From positions 30,318,001 to 30,382,000 of the forward strand of contig NC_043007.1 of NCBI RefSeq assembly GCF_006345805.1: 64,000 bases of DNA. Reading direction: 5' to 3'. This DNA is from Octopus sinensis (taxonomy: Eukaryota). The notes under the pieces were generated by a model that saw only the letters and a list, made by a program, of their open reading frames with translations, was not told the DNA's origin and did no database searches. Position numbers and translations under genes: made by a program. Below are positions 52,230 to 64,000 of the stretch, piece after piece (position 1 is the first letter of the stretch; each line of letters begins with the position of its first letter).

Positions 52230-52660
52230 TGTTTTCCTATTTTAATTTCTTCCAACAGTTCTCCTCTCTGCTCTGCTCAAGACTTCCATACTCTCCTCAG
52301 CCTTTGTCCACTAATCGTGGTCTGCCAGGCGAAATCCATTCACCGTTTTGACGTTTTGCAGTAGCTGAGATTTGCTTCACAAAGGATTTACTCATTTGTA
52401 ATCCATTCTCTGAAAGCGACTTCGAATATTTTCCGTGGACATCGTTGGTGGAACATATCCAGCGTTTCGAGACACAGTTGTCTACATCTTCTATATTTCA
52501 CTGGCATAGATAACTTGTCCCTCCGTTACCAGCAACATTCCTTCGCTCTCATTCCCCAATACTCCACCTTCACCGATAATCAGCATTCCTTGACATCTTT
52601 CGATTTTTTGTGTGTTCGAAATTTACTCACCCCAAAGTTTGAGTTTAGCCTTTGAGAGTT
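52230..52660 (-). mobile_element. RTE-clade LINE RT C-terminal remnant
   Basis: Minus strand VIYASEI* ... LDMFHQRCPRKIFEVAFREWITNE*IL matches RTE LxxFHxRCLRxIxxxxxxDxITNEEIL. Confidence 0.72.
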
Positions 52661-52689
52661 TCTGCACATTCTTTCCTTTGTTTCTTACC

Positions 52690-52862
52690 TTTTAAAAAAG
52701 ACACAGACATGGTTGTGGAACTGAGAATCTTGATTCTCAGCCATGTGGTCTTGGGTACAGTTGCACAACAAGGCACTTCGGGCCAGCATCTTCACCATTA
52801 ACCTCCGACGGACCAAAGCTTGTTGAGTGAATTTGGTTGGTGAAAACCGAAACAATCTCGCT
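52690..52862 (-). mobile_element. Degenerate SINE family B head
   Basis: agccatgtggtcttgggtacagttgcacaacaaggcacttcggg...aaagcttgttgagtgaatttggt. Confidence 0.65.
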
Positions 52863-53097
52863 GACATATCCATGTGTATATGTATGTAAATGTATGCATG
52901 CATGTATGTATGCATATATGTATGTATGAGTGTATATATGTATGTATGTATGTATGCATGCATATATGTACGCGTGCATGCATGCATGTATGTATGTCAT
53001 TCAGTTTTATTTCAAGATCTGTGACCAATAGAGAAAGAGCCGGTTTCTAACCTAGATCCAAGGTTCCTTCATTAGAATTCCAACATCTGCAACATAT

Positions 53098-53260
53098 ACG
53101 ACGGGCTTCTTTGTTTCCATGCACCAAATCTGCTCACAAGGGTTTGGTCGGCCCGACGCCATAGTAGGAGATAACTGCCCAAGGTGCCACGCAGTGGGAC
53201 TGAACACAGGACCATATCGCTGGGAAGCAAATTTCTTACCACAAAGCCACGCCTGCGCCT
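53098..53260 (-). mobile_element. SINE family B, 5' half
   Basis: cgacgggcttc...ccaaggtgccacgcagtgggactgaac...agccacgcctgcgcct. Confidence 0.9.
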
Positions 53261-54624
53261 ATGTGTAATTATGTCATTTAATCCTTGTGTAATTATTTCA
53301 TTAATTTCCTCCAAGAATATCAAATTGATAATTCTGGTTTCATTAATAAAAGTAACTTTAATCTTATTATTTCTTCATTTCTATTCTTTTGATTTTGGCA
53401 ACTTTGGTTCTTATTCTCTACTTAGGTCGTCCACTCACTAGTTCAAACCCGTCTTTATTTATGCGATACACTTTCTCTAATCAACCTTTATCTCCTTTAT
53501 TTAATTTACTTTACTCCCTCTGGATGTTCCATTCCTAACTCCACTAATCCTCATCAGTAGCCGTCTTTAACGCACGACTGCCTTCTCGTTCTTTTTAACC
53601 GCGAAACATTTCGGTAACATTGCAAATGGTATCAGCACACGTTGCAGAAACATGGACGCGTATCACGGTTAGAACAGTCGAGACAGGAGTCGTCTTGTCT
53701 GTTGTACAATGGATTAGTTGAGGTTGTTGTCGTTGCCGATGTTGCTATTCTTGAGTAGTTTCAATCAGTTTTGTACCGTCTGATAAAGCTAAAAAAACTG
53801 GCAAATATAGTAACGCACAACGCGCGCGCGCACACACATGCGCGTGAGCATTCGCGCACACGAACATGTCTAACATATAGGAGATGATATCTAAAGTTGA
53901 GGGCTATCATGTGAATAGAACATTTTTCTCTCTATAGTTTGTTTGTACTGCGTCGACGGAGATATAAGGATAGATAGGCAAACAAAGACAGATAGAGAGA
54001 CAGACAAACAGGTAGATACATAGACAGACAGGAAAACAGATAGACAGACATATATATATATATATAGGTGGATGGATAGATACATGCATACACGTATTAA
54101 GAGAGTGTGTGTGAGGGAGAGGGAGACGGAAGTGTATGGTAAAAATGATGCAGAGCTAATATCGGAGACTTAAACCGGAAGCTAGACTGAAATGGGTGTC
54201 GGAAGACAGTAAGCAAAGGTATCTCTGCTTGATATATAAATTTAGTTCTTTGTTGTGAATCTTCATTTCATAATCTGCAGTTCGGATATCCCACTGAAAG
54301 CGAAGCGAGAAGGCCAAGCGTATATTTACTGGTTAACTCAGACAGGCAGATGTTCTGTTATGCAAATAGATATTTTCGGATCAGAGAGTCTGACCTAATT
54401 CATGTCGGGTCACCAAAGACTCGCACAGAATTCTATATCTTCCCTTCTCTCTCTATCCGTCTGTTTATTTCTATCTCTGTAATATTTCTACACATATACA
54501 CTTAAAACTTAAATATTCGCAGCATATACATACTTCAATGAATCCTGAAAGACATGTGCAGCCATGCGAAACACACGTAGATATTGGTTTCAAAGTAGAA
54601 ATTATGGGAGGAAGTGGTAAGTCG

Positions 54625-54778
54625 ATGTATCGAATCCAGATTCCACTGGTACTAAATCTATCTACTTCCGAAAATATAAAGTCGATTTCTGCAGAATTTG
54701 AACTCAGTGCGCAAAGACGGATGAAATGCCGCTAAGCAGTTTGTTCGGAGTGCTAACGACCCTCTCAGGTCGCCGCCT
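54625..54778 (-). mobile_element. SINE family A
   Basis: ctggtact...gcagaatttgaactcag...gtgctaacgacc...tcgccgcc. Confidence 0.78.
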
Positions 54779-54938
54779 CAATGGACACGGAGATATTACA
54801 TACATAACATTTTGGCCAAAATGACAAATGGTTCTAGAATTGAGCATACATTTCTATATAACCATCGAATACAGTACCATAATGCTAACTGTTTTTCAGA
54901 ATTAGAAGCAAAAGTTTGTTGACTCTTGTAGGCACCCT

Positions 54939-55489
54939 AATAAGTTAAGTTAAGTTAAGTTTATTTTTTGGCTCAAAAAGCAAAAAGCAAGGCCATGTAG
55001 GGGAGCATGGAGTTATGTACAGGGTGGTGTTCATGCAAAGAGTTCAGGCCATTTGTGGTCAAGGGAGACTTTGAACCGAGCGGTCGTCGGCATCTTCACT
55101 ATCTCGTCCGGCAGCTTATTCCACGGATCCGCAACCCGGACGGAGAAAGCCCCTCTCCTTCGATTGAGATGAAATCGTCACAGATAGAGCTTTTCGGAGT
55201 GACCCCGCAGCCGACGCTCTGGAGCAGGAGTGAAGAACAGCTCTTTCGAGAGGTTACACTTTCCGCTTATGATGTTGTGAGCGAGAATGAGATCACCACG
55301 GTGTCGTCGTTTTTCTAGAGAATAAAGGTCGAGCGTCTTCAGCCTTTCTTCATAGGACAAATGCTTGATACCAAGAACCATGCGGGTGGCCAGCTTCTGG
55401 ACTCTTTCGAGATGATGTATGTCTTTGAGGAGATAAGGAGAAGAGGCTTGAATCCCGTACTCCAATATGGGTCTCACCAGCGTGACATA
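54939..55489 (-). mobile_element. 5'-truncated CR1/L2-group LINE 3' end with (AACTT)n tail
   Basis: YVTLVRPILEYGIQASSPYLLKDIHHLERVQKLATRMVLGIKHLSYEERLKTLDLYSLEKRRHRGDLILAHNII; tail taagttaagttaagttaag on the + strand. Confidence 0.92.
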
Positions 55490-55842
55490 AGAAGAAACAA
55501 AGATATAAAGCAAGAACGAAAAATCAAAGAAATACTTTTACATAGACTGACCAAGTATTTCTACCCCGGCTGAATCTATGTGGCCCCTCCAGGCACAGAA
55601 ACATGCAACACCCAATTCTAGTAGATTCGAGCAGCTCATAATGAAAGGCTTCAGCGCAAGGGCAAAACGTTCGGCTTTGTCCAGGAATTGAACGCAAGAT
55701 ATTTAAGATCGCGAACTTAGTAACCATAACAAAAGACCACGTCCCATTATGCACATGTACGCGCATATATATATATATATATAAATAAATATATATATAT
55801 GTCTTTCTCTCTCTCTCTTTCCGCCCTTCTCTCTCCCCCTCA

Positions 55843-55884
<42 letters not shown>

Positions 55885-56359
55885 GTGTGTGTGTGTGTGT
55901 ATGTATACTTAATTTGTGAAAAAAAGTTTTAATCAAAACATTGATAACTAGAATCTCCATTTCCACGTGTTATCTTCACACCATATAGAGGAGAGTGATA
56001 TCAACTTCGTGGCAGAATGTAAACATAAAACAATAAAGACGCTGAATAAGGACGGCCATGAAAGCGATATCGGTTAATAATGAAAAAGATGAAAAAAAAA
56101 GAGAAATGAATTAACGGAATGTGTGGGAGATAAAAATTGAGATAGAAGAGATACTTGAAAAAAGAATAGATTTAAATACGGAGGGTGGTCGGCCGTTGAA
56201 GAAGCGATTTAATGTAATTGCGCGAAGTGGGGTATAGAAACGATAAAACGGGAGATGGGGAGAGCACAATAGATCTGAGAATGTTTAGACAAATATACAC
56301 AAACACACACACACATACACAGTATACTACACACATATATACGTACACTATATTATTTG

Positions 56360-56468
56360 TTTTACTCATTTGACTGCGGCCACTCTGGAGCACCGCTAAG
56401 TTACCGGGACGTAGACACACCAACATCGTTTGTTAAGCAATGGTGGTAGGGGAGCGCAGACACAAATG

Positions 56469-56504
<36 letters not shown>

Positions 56505-56654
56505 CACAACAGGCTTCTTTCAGTTTCCGTCTACCAAATCCACTCACAAGGCTTTGGTCGGCCCGAGGCTATAGTAGAAGACACCTGCCCAAGGTGCCAC
56601 GCAGTGGGACTGAACCCGGAACCATGTGGTCGGTAAGCAAGCTACTTACCACAC
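56360..56654 (-). mobile_element. SINE family B
   Basis: Clear head and body match (ccaaatccactcacaaggctttggtcggcccgaggc...). Confidence 0.92.
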
Positions 56655-56664
56655 ATTACATATT

Positions 56665-56806
56665 GGCGCAGGTGTGGCTGTGTGGTAAGACGCTTGCCAC
56701 ATGGTTCCGAGTTCAGTCCCACTGCGTGACACGTTAGGCAACACTCTCCTACTGGCCAAATCATTGAGAGTGGATCTGATAGTTGGAAACTGAAAGAAGC
56801 CCGTCG
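56665..56806 (+). mobile_element. SINE family B, 5' half (head-to-head with the previous copy)
   Basis: ggcgcaggtgtggctgtgtggtaag...gttcagtcccactgcgtg...gaaactgaaagaagcccgtcg. Confidence 0.88.
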
Positions 56807-56879
56807 CAGATATGTAGAATTTTGTACCACGGAACAGTGCTTTATATGATAGATCGCTAGCCACTACACATTGTTTATT

Positions 56880-57023
56880 TTCTCTCCTTGTTTTGAGTTG
56901 TGGAAGAGCGTAGGCTCGAAACGATAAAGACTTTTTCACTTCCCGAGTGTTATACTAATACATCTCTTTGTTGTCTACAGCACCTGCCTTCGTCTTTTGT
57001 TTTATTTGTGTGAATTCTCCCTC

Positions 57024-57025
<2 letters not shown>
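56880..57025 (+). mobile_element. Diverged copy of the Penelope-terminus-like repeat
   Basis: gttgtggaagagcgtaggctcgaaacgataaagac...cacctgccttcgtcttttgtttattt. Confidence 0.7.
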
Positions 57026-57053
<28 letters not shown>

Positions 57054-57054
<1 letters not shown>

Positions 57055-57175
57055 AGAATAAGTACCTGGCTTTTAAAAGAATAGTTTTGGGGTCGATCCG
57101 CACGAGTAACACTTTTCAACCCTGTGCCCCAGCATTGGCGCAGTCTTATGAATGAAACAAGTAAAAATAAAATGA
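57054..57175 (+). mobile_element. Degenerate SINE family B 3' end
   Basis: aataagtacctggc...ggggtcgat...ccagcattggcgcagtc...tgaaacaagtaaaa. Confidence 0.7.
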
Positions 57176-57179
57176 TAAA

Positions 57180-57214
<35 letters not shown>

Positions 57215-57589
57215 TCATGATATTATGGGAGGGTCAATAAAGAATACACACACTGGTTGTTCACTTAGTTAACTAACCAACAATCTCATCAGTTAATAGC
57301 TTAATTAGTCTGTTGATAAATGAACTAGTTTTGTCATAGTACTTTTGTCGCCATCCACGACCTCGTCAATGGTGTCCGCTATCTCTCCCGGATCTAATTT
57401 AAATCTTCCAGTCATCTCTTTAATATAGATGTTATTGGGATGGGAAGAGGAGGGAAACGGTGTGTGTTTGTGTCTATTTGTGTGGTGTGTGTATGTGCGT
57501 GTATGTGTGTTTGAGTGTGTTTATATGTATTTGCGTGTGTTCGTGTGTGTGTTGTGTAGAAGATAATATTCAAATCAGACCATGTTAAC

Positions 57590-58036
57590 ACCAAAAATTA
57601 TTTACATAAAAAGGTGCTTTTTTTCTATGAAAATCCCCATTTTTTACGGGTCTTTTTTATTGCTGTGTCGCCATTTTTCGGTGTATTTCAACCAGAAAAA
57701 AATGTTGACTTAAACCTTTAGTATTTAAACCGGCCATATCCGGCCAAAATATTTAATCTGTTTTATGTTCAAACTGACCAGATCCAGGCCCTCACTCCTA
57801 CCCTACAATGTTATTCTACATTAAGTAATTACACCATCAAGATCTTGAAGATATGAGATAATGCATGATTAATTCAAATCAATGTGAATCAATAGGCATT
57901 ATGTTTGATAGAATAATCTGAACGCTAAAGGGTTAAAGAGAATAACAAGCTACATAATGCAAAAGTTTTACTTTTCAAAAATTCCAATTCTAAAGGGTCG
58001 AAACAAACCCGAGCAACGCCGGGCGATACTCCTAGT
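57590..58036 (+). mobile_element. Non-autonomous Helitron 3' portion
   Basis: 3' signature: hairpin CCCG-agcaacgc-CGGG (58008-58023) followed by CTAG/T (58032-58036). 5' boundary approximate. Confidence 0.65.
57710..57936. mobile_element. piggyBac-type MITE (TTAA target site, CCCTTTAG-like TIR)
   Basis: TTAA-acctttagtattta ... aacgctaaaggg-TTAA. Confidence 0.72.
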
Positions 58037-58484
58037 AAACTATTACACACAACTTCCATTGTCTGTTTTATCATTTCTTCTCGTCTGCTACTAAACCATT
58101 AAGGAGTCTTCAGAAGAAGGCAAAAGAATTTCAAAGCCAACGAAACATGGCACTCAGTTTTCGAGGAGAAAACTCTTTTGCATTGCAGAAAAATTAGAAC
58201 ATGTCCCTGTGATGTTCAAAATAAACCCAAAAGGGGCAACATTGTACTACAAACAAAAATTCACGCTAGGAAATGTTTCATTATTTTTTGCATATTTATG
58301 TTTTTATATGATTTCCTCTTCCTATGTATAAATGTATGCGTATGTGTGTGTGTTGTGTATCTACTTTTTACATCAGTTGTGTTTGCATTTGTTTCCTTAT
58401 AAGGAGAGTCAGTTTGGTGATAACAATTTGTGTCGGAACACAAACCACATCGTACACACGAAAAGTATTTTCCTAAGAAATATA

Positions 58485-58563
<79 letters not shown>

Positions 58564-59244
58564 TATTTACTACTTTATTTATTTAATTGTCTATCTATAA
58601 ATATATATGTCTGTGTATGTATGTAAAGTTCAGTTTATAACCAAGTCATTCCGGTTTCGATCGATTTGCGCGGTGCCTGGAGCAAGTGTCTATAGCCTTG
58701 GGTTGAGATACAAATTGTGAATGGAATTTTGTGGACGAATTTTGTGTGCTTCCCAAGTCTGCTTCTGTTAATATTTATATTTACCATTATTGTAAACCGA
58801 TGCAACAATGTGTGACTTTTTGTGTTAAAGCCTAACTTAGCGATAAAATAAGAAACAGAATGCTAGAAGTAGTTAGATCTATATTATCGACAAGAACACT
58901 TGACGGCGGTGCCCCGGAATCGCAGCATTCAATGACTGAATCCAATAAAAAAAATATAAGAATAAAAATATATATGAAAAAAAAATAATAACAAGAATAT
59001 TAACAACAATAGTTACATAATAACGACAACAAGATTAATAGCAATGATTAATAACATTAACAACACCGGCAGCACAAATGATGCATAAGGATCGATATGG
59101 AAGGACGTTTGTTCGAGGAAATGTCTGTGTAGCGAGAGGAGAGCAATCCACAGCACAATTAAATAAACCAACACAGATCACCAGTCAAACGCCATTGTCT
59201 TCACCAACCATATTACTAAACTATCTATATAGCTTTCTTGCTAA

Positions 59245-59254
59245 ACAACGTCTG

Positions 59255-59285
<31 letters not shown>

Positions 59286-59366
59286 CTGTATCTATCTATC
59301 TATCTATCTATCTATCTCTGTATCTATCTATCTACCTATATCTCTGTCTATCTATCTATATCTCTG

Positions 59367-59421
<55 letters not shown>

Positions 59422-59516
59422 GTCTATCTCTCTATCTATCCGTCTCTTTCTCTATCTATCCGTCGCTCTCTCTCTATCTGCCTGTCTGTCTATCTAGCAA
59501 TCTGTCTGTACGTCTG

Positions 59517-59553
<37 letters not shown>

Positions 59554-59559
59554 TGTCTG

Positions 59560-59592
<33 letters not shown>

Positions 59593-59660
59593 GTAGCAAT
59601 CTGTCTGACCGTCTGTCTATCTCCCTGTCTGTCTGTCTGTCTATGTTCCCCTCTATCTAG
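59245..59660. repeat. Long compound (CTAT)/(CTGT) microsatellite
   Basis: Directly visible. Confidence 0.96.
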
Positions 59661-60827
59661 CATGCAACCCCCCACCTACCCATTCTCCACAAAACAGCCT
59701 CATAGTTATCATTCATTATTCAATACTGCTTACGCTTTGAACAGAAGCCAAGAAAAGCCGGCAGGTATTCTGTGTAGAACCGCAACTAACGATTGATTGA
59801 CAAAGACATGACTACACAGTGGCATCGCAGACTGATGTTGTGTGTGGGGTGGGTGTGTACGAGTTAAGAAACTAATATCTCATTCAAGAAATACTTTGGC
59901 AAATTATAGTGAAGAGTGTTTCCGATAAAGCATGAAAAATCTCTCACAATAACATTGACTAGTTTGATCAGGCTGTCTTTACAAAAAGGTTTCGAAAACT
60001 AAAATCGATATTTTCAAAATCTGTACAGGAATTTTATCACCAATTCCACTTGGCTGCCATTTTTGGTTAGTATTTTGTATTACACTTCAAATTTTCACGG
60101 TATTAACTTCAATTCTAGTATTATTTGCCGCTAGTTGATTCCTGATGGGAATTAATTGTAAACGCTTAGACAAAGAATAGAAAATTAACAAAGCAAAACA
60201 ACACAAACAACAGAAGTAAATGATAAATACATGAAGATTAGTTGGGAAATAAACAAAATTAAAAAAACATACTAAACAACAAGTTACTTTTTTTTCTGTT
60301 AGCAGGGGATTTGTTACGAGTTCACGTGTTGAAACTGAGGGAATTACAAGTTCTTAGAATCATCTTGGCCATTTCAAACAAATTCTATTATATTTAGTAT
60401 GATGATGTTTTTTAATATGACATATATCATACAGTCTCACACACACGCATAAATACATCTGTCTGTATGTATGTATATGTGTGTGAGTGTGTGCACGTTT
60501 GTGTATCAGTGTGTATTTTTAAGATGTTTATCTATCAAAACCCTATCTGTCTATCTATCTATCGATCGATCGATCGATGTGTGTATCTCTTTGTCACGCA
60601 AGCTAGCTTTATGTGTGTGTATATATGTTTGTATACATTCATAGAAATTTATATGTCGTGAACTCTGTTTCAGACCATTAAATACAATTTTTCTAGGCAG
60701 TTAAGTTACTAAAATAATAAAAGACTACCATGTGTACTACTACTTCACAATCAATGTCTTTAAAACTGCTTTCCATGTGTGTGTAGATAGGAAAATAGAT
60801 AAATTGAGAGATATGTGTGTATATACG

Positions 60828-60858
<31 letters not shown>

Positions 60859-63631
60859 ATTTGCATGTGTGTATATATATAATATATAAACATATATATG
60901 TATATATAAATACACACACATACATGTTTGTATGTATGTATGTATGTATATATGTACTTATATATGTCTATATATGTTTGTGTATTAAATATCGGTCTCT
61001 TTTTTCCCATTCACAAAATGCTCACCAATATTGTATTTCATTTCAGAACGACAAAAATCACCCAGAGAAATAATTAAATTTGTTTGTTTCAATTTATGTC
61101 AGTTTTAAATGGTAGATGTAATTATATTTTTCAATGTTGTCACTTCCCTGATCACACATTAGCTCGAGCAATAACCACAAACACCACCACCGGAACCACG
61201 GAAATGAAGGGGGCATACTATAATGTCGTCAGTGATACAGTTTACACAAATAAAAACAAAAAACTAATGACTTGTTGCTACGTGGTATTTTGTTATGCAA
61301 CCGTAATATACTATGTTCAGGTTATACAATATCTGTAGAAGTAATCTTTACAAATAAAAAGTATATCTTCGATAATAGCTATACTACATTAAAACTGACT
61401 GCGTGGGATTCGATATTATCAATAACCACAGCATATAAGACACTGAATCAAAATTTGTATGAATAAAAATGGTTTTGGTCATAGCTAGCCTGTTTTGGGG
61501 TTTAATCACATTGGACCTGGGTGTTGATAACAAAATATGATCTAAAGAATCTTTCCTAATAGAGAATGCAATGCATTCGTAGAGAACTCTCTGGAAATTA
61601 CGTGGTAGTAGAATTAACTTAATGTCTGAACAAATCGGTGATTGGAATGCTGTTATATTAAAAGACAAATTTAATTACTGATGACTTTTATCACACAGCT
61701 ATTGAGACATCAATTACACAGATGGTTAAGAGAAAAGTTAATCATCACACAGCATTTAACCAACGCAAGTAGAACCGTCACAGCTTCACTTAATGTGAGT
61801 AGTCTTACGGTTCTCGGCAAGTCTGAGAGTCCATTCTCATTCACTCAGACAGTCCTTTGGCTATGCACTATTGAAACTTCGATCACTGAACTCTCCTTGT
61901 CGTCAATTGCACTAAGTAGACCACTCGACATTAAGAACCGCACCGCATCTTACTTTCCTCTGCAAACTCGTGGCAGCTGGAGCGTCACACAGAAGTGTTG
62001 TCTCTTCTATACGGACGCGTCGCTCTCAGACTTGCTTTGTGCGTCTTCATGCTCTTTCTATACACACATATATGTATGCATTCTCATGTAGATATACAGA
62101 CTCACTTGTAGGTACGCACACGAATTTGCACACACACACACACACAAACACACTCACGCACGCACAGACATACACAGACATACACAAACACTGTGGAACA
62201 CTTATCGAATGACATTTCTTGTCACCGAAACTGAAAAACTTTTATATTAACAATAACTTTATCTTAATCTTTCCAAACTGACTTGTCACAACGAACAAAC
62301 TTACCATTGGCAAGTTGACAGTATTTCTTCTTCCACTGAATTTATTAAAGAATAAAACGCTCTACACAATTTATTCGGCATTTCACGTTTATTCGAATCG
62401 ATAGTTTCTAGAAGGAAGGAAGGACATATAATAAGAAAATGTAGTCCTACGCAGAGCTTGTGTAGAAACTGTCTTTAACCATAGCACAGCTGGATCAAGA
62501 CGTGTTTGGAGTTAACCAGCAACAAATTGGCACCGGTGAAACATCTTTGCTCCTAGACTTGTTGGATCAGAGGTGACGCGGAGTTAAACAACAATAATAA
62601 AACCAAACAACGCTTTCAATTATGTATTTCTCGATGCCCCATGCCTGAATATGTAATTGAATGACCATAAATAAAACACACTTGACTAAAGATCCGTCTG
62701 CTATAACAAATTGTTTTAAAACTAAACAGGAGCATTTAAGTACCGCTTGGTCTTCTAAGCCCTCGGTAAATCACACTGTATTATCTTTAGAAATTAGGCA
62801 CACATTTGATGATGCGGTCCTAGACAACCTTGGTTTGGCGAAAAGCAAGAAGGTAATAACCAAAATGCCGTGGAAGGTAAATAACTTAATCAGAAATAAG
62901 CATGGACCAAGCAACAACAGTAGTAACAACAGCAGCAGCACGCATTTTTACAAAGTACCGAAGTTAATAAGGATGTTTTCTATTATTAGAAGAACATACA
63001 CAGCAGAGGAGGAGGGGGTACAGGTGACAAAATCAACACCAGATTCACTTTTATTTTCGTACATTGTATCTTCAGGATGAAGCCATACTCGAAAGAGAGT
63101 GCTCAGAGCAAGGGATGTAATATTGCTGGATCTAAGGGCCATTTGCGATTGAGGTATGACAGATGAAAATACTGCAATGGCTATCTGTGTGTTTGCAGTG
63201 AGTGTGCTGTATCATCTGTGTGTGTGTGTGTGTGTGTTGAGTCACCGCTAGTAGCGATTAGGTATGCCTATTAACATAGCAGCGTACTAATAATCGCTAA
63301 TTTATTGAGAATTCAATTAAATGGATTCGGCTGCCGAATATGAACCTAGTGGTGAGTATGCATCGCTGATGCGTTCTAAGTTTAGTTTTATAATTTATCA
63401 GGAGACATTCACCGCATCGATTTTGTTGTTTAATATCAAATCAGCCTTAACCTCGCAGAAATATTGTTAAAAATGTCTAACCATGACCACGATCGGCTTT
63501 ACGCTGTCAGTATTTCGACAAGTTCTCTAGTGTTTCCTTTTTGGCAACTTTTGGTAAGTTTCCATTATCAAAAACATCGACTTCTTTCATTCAACCATAG
63601 TGTATTTCTAAGGATATTATTAAGAGCGACT

Positions 63632-64000
63632 AGGCGGAGGCGTGGCTGTGTGGTAAGAAGCTTGCTTCTCGATCACATGGTTCCGGGTTCAGTCTCACCG
63701 TAAGGCATCTGGGGCATGTGACTTATAAGATATTTTTGGGTCGACCAGTGCCTTGTGGGTGAATTTGGTAGACGGAAACTGAAGGAAGCACGTCGTATAC
63801 AGACACACACACACACACGCACACACACACACACGCATATATGTATGTATGTATATATGTGTGTATGTGTGTCTGTGTTTGTCTCCCAATAGCGCTTGAC
63901 AACTGGTGTTGGAGTGTTTCCATCCTTGTAACTTAGTGGTTCGGCAAAAGCGAACCGATTGAATAAGTCCCAGTTGACTACTGGAGTCAATACGATCGAC
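63632..64000 (+). mobile_element. SINE family B, runs off the window end
   Basis: aggcggaggcgtggctgtgtggtaagaagc...ggttcagtc...gacggaaactgaagg...cttgacaactgg. Confidence 0.9.

Noticed and set aside
63040-63080. Minus-strand CUGAAGA-UAC-AAU-GUA-C-GAAA
   Set aside because: Stem II closing pair is wrong and no stem I or stem III can be drawn.
62661-63080. 139-aa + strand ORF and the overlapping 64-aa - strand ORF as named genes
   Set aside because: No recognisable domain or splice structure; kept only as part of the TE-free region finding.
329-63990. Most ORF-track entries rich in YI/HT/CV/LSIY/II repeats (for example the 270-aa ORF at 35629-36441)
   Set aside because: They are translations of (TA)n, (CA)n, (CTAT)n and (TTA)n tracts or of SINEs, not proteins.

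Overview
Eukaryotic, strongly AT-rich, microsatellite-saturated non-coding DNA. The tRNA-derived SINE families match my recollection of Octopus (coleoid cephalopod) repeats; the taxon is an inference, not a database result. I find no confidently supported host protein-coding exon: most ORF-track entries are translations of (TA)n/(CA)n/(CTAT)n/(TTA)n tracts or of decayed transposons. Recognisable content: three tRNA-SINE families (>20 copies), four R4/Dong-clade LINE fragments (three abut TAA microsatellites), CR1/L2 and RTE fragments, a Penelope-type GIY-YIG remnant, a Tc1 transposase remnant, a Helitron 3' end with a nested TTAA MITE, and two long fold-back elements. The most notable signal is a structurally complete type I hammerhead ribozyme on the minus strand (4011-4090) inside a 429-bp unit bounded by a 41-bp direct repeat, resembling a non-LTR retrozyme or Penelope pseudo-LTR monomer. 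A second dispersed family carries a variant (CUGUUGA) minimal hammerhead-like motif.
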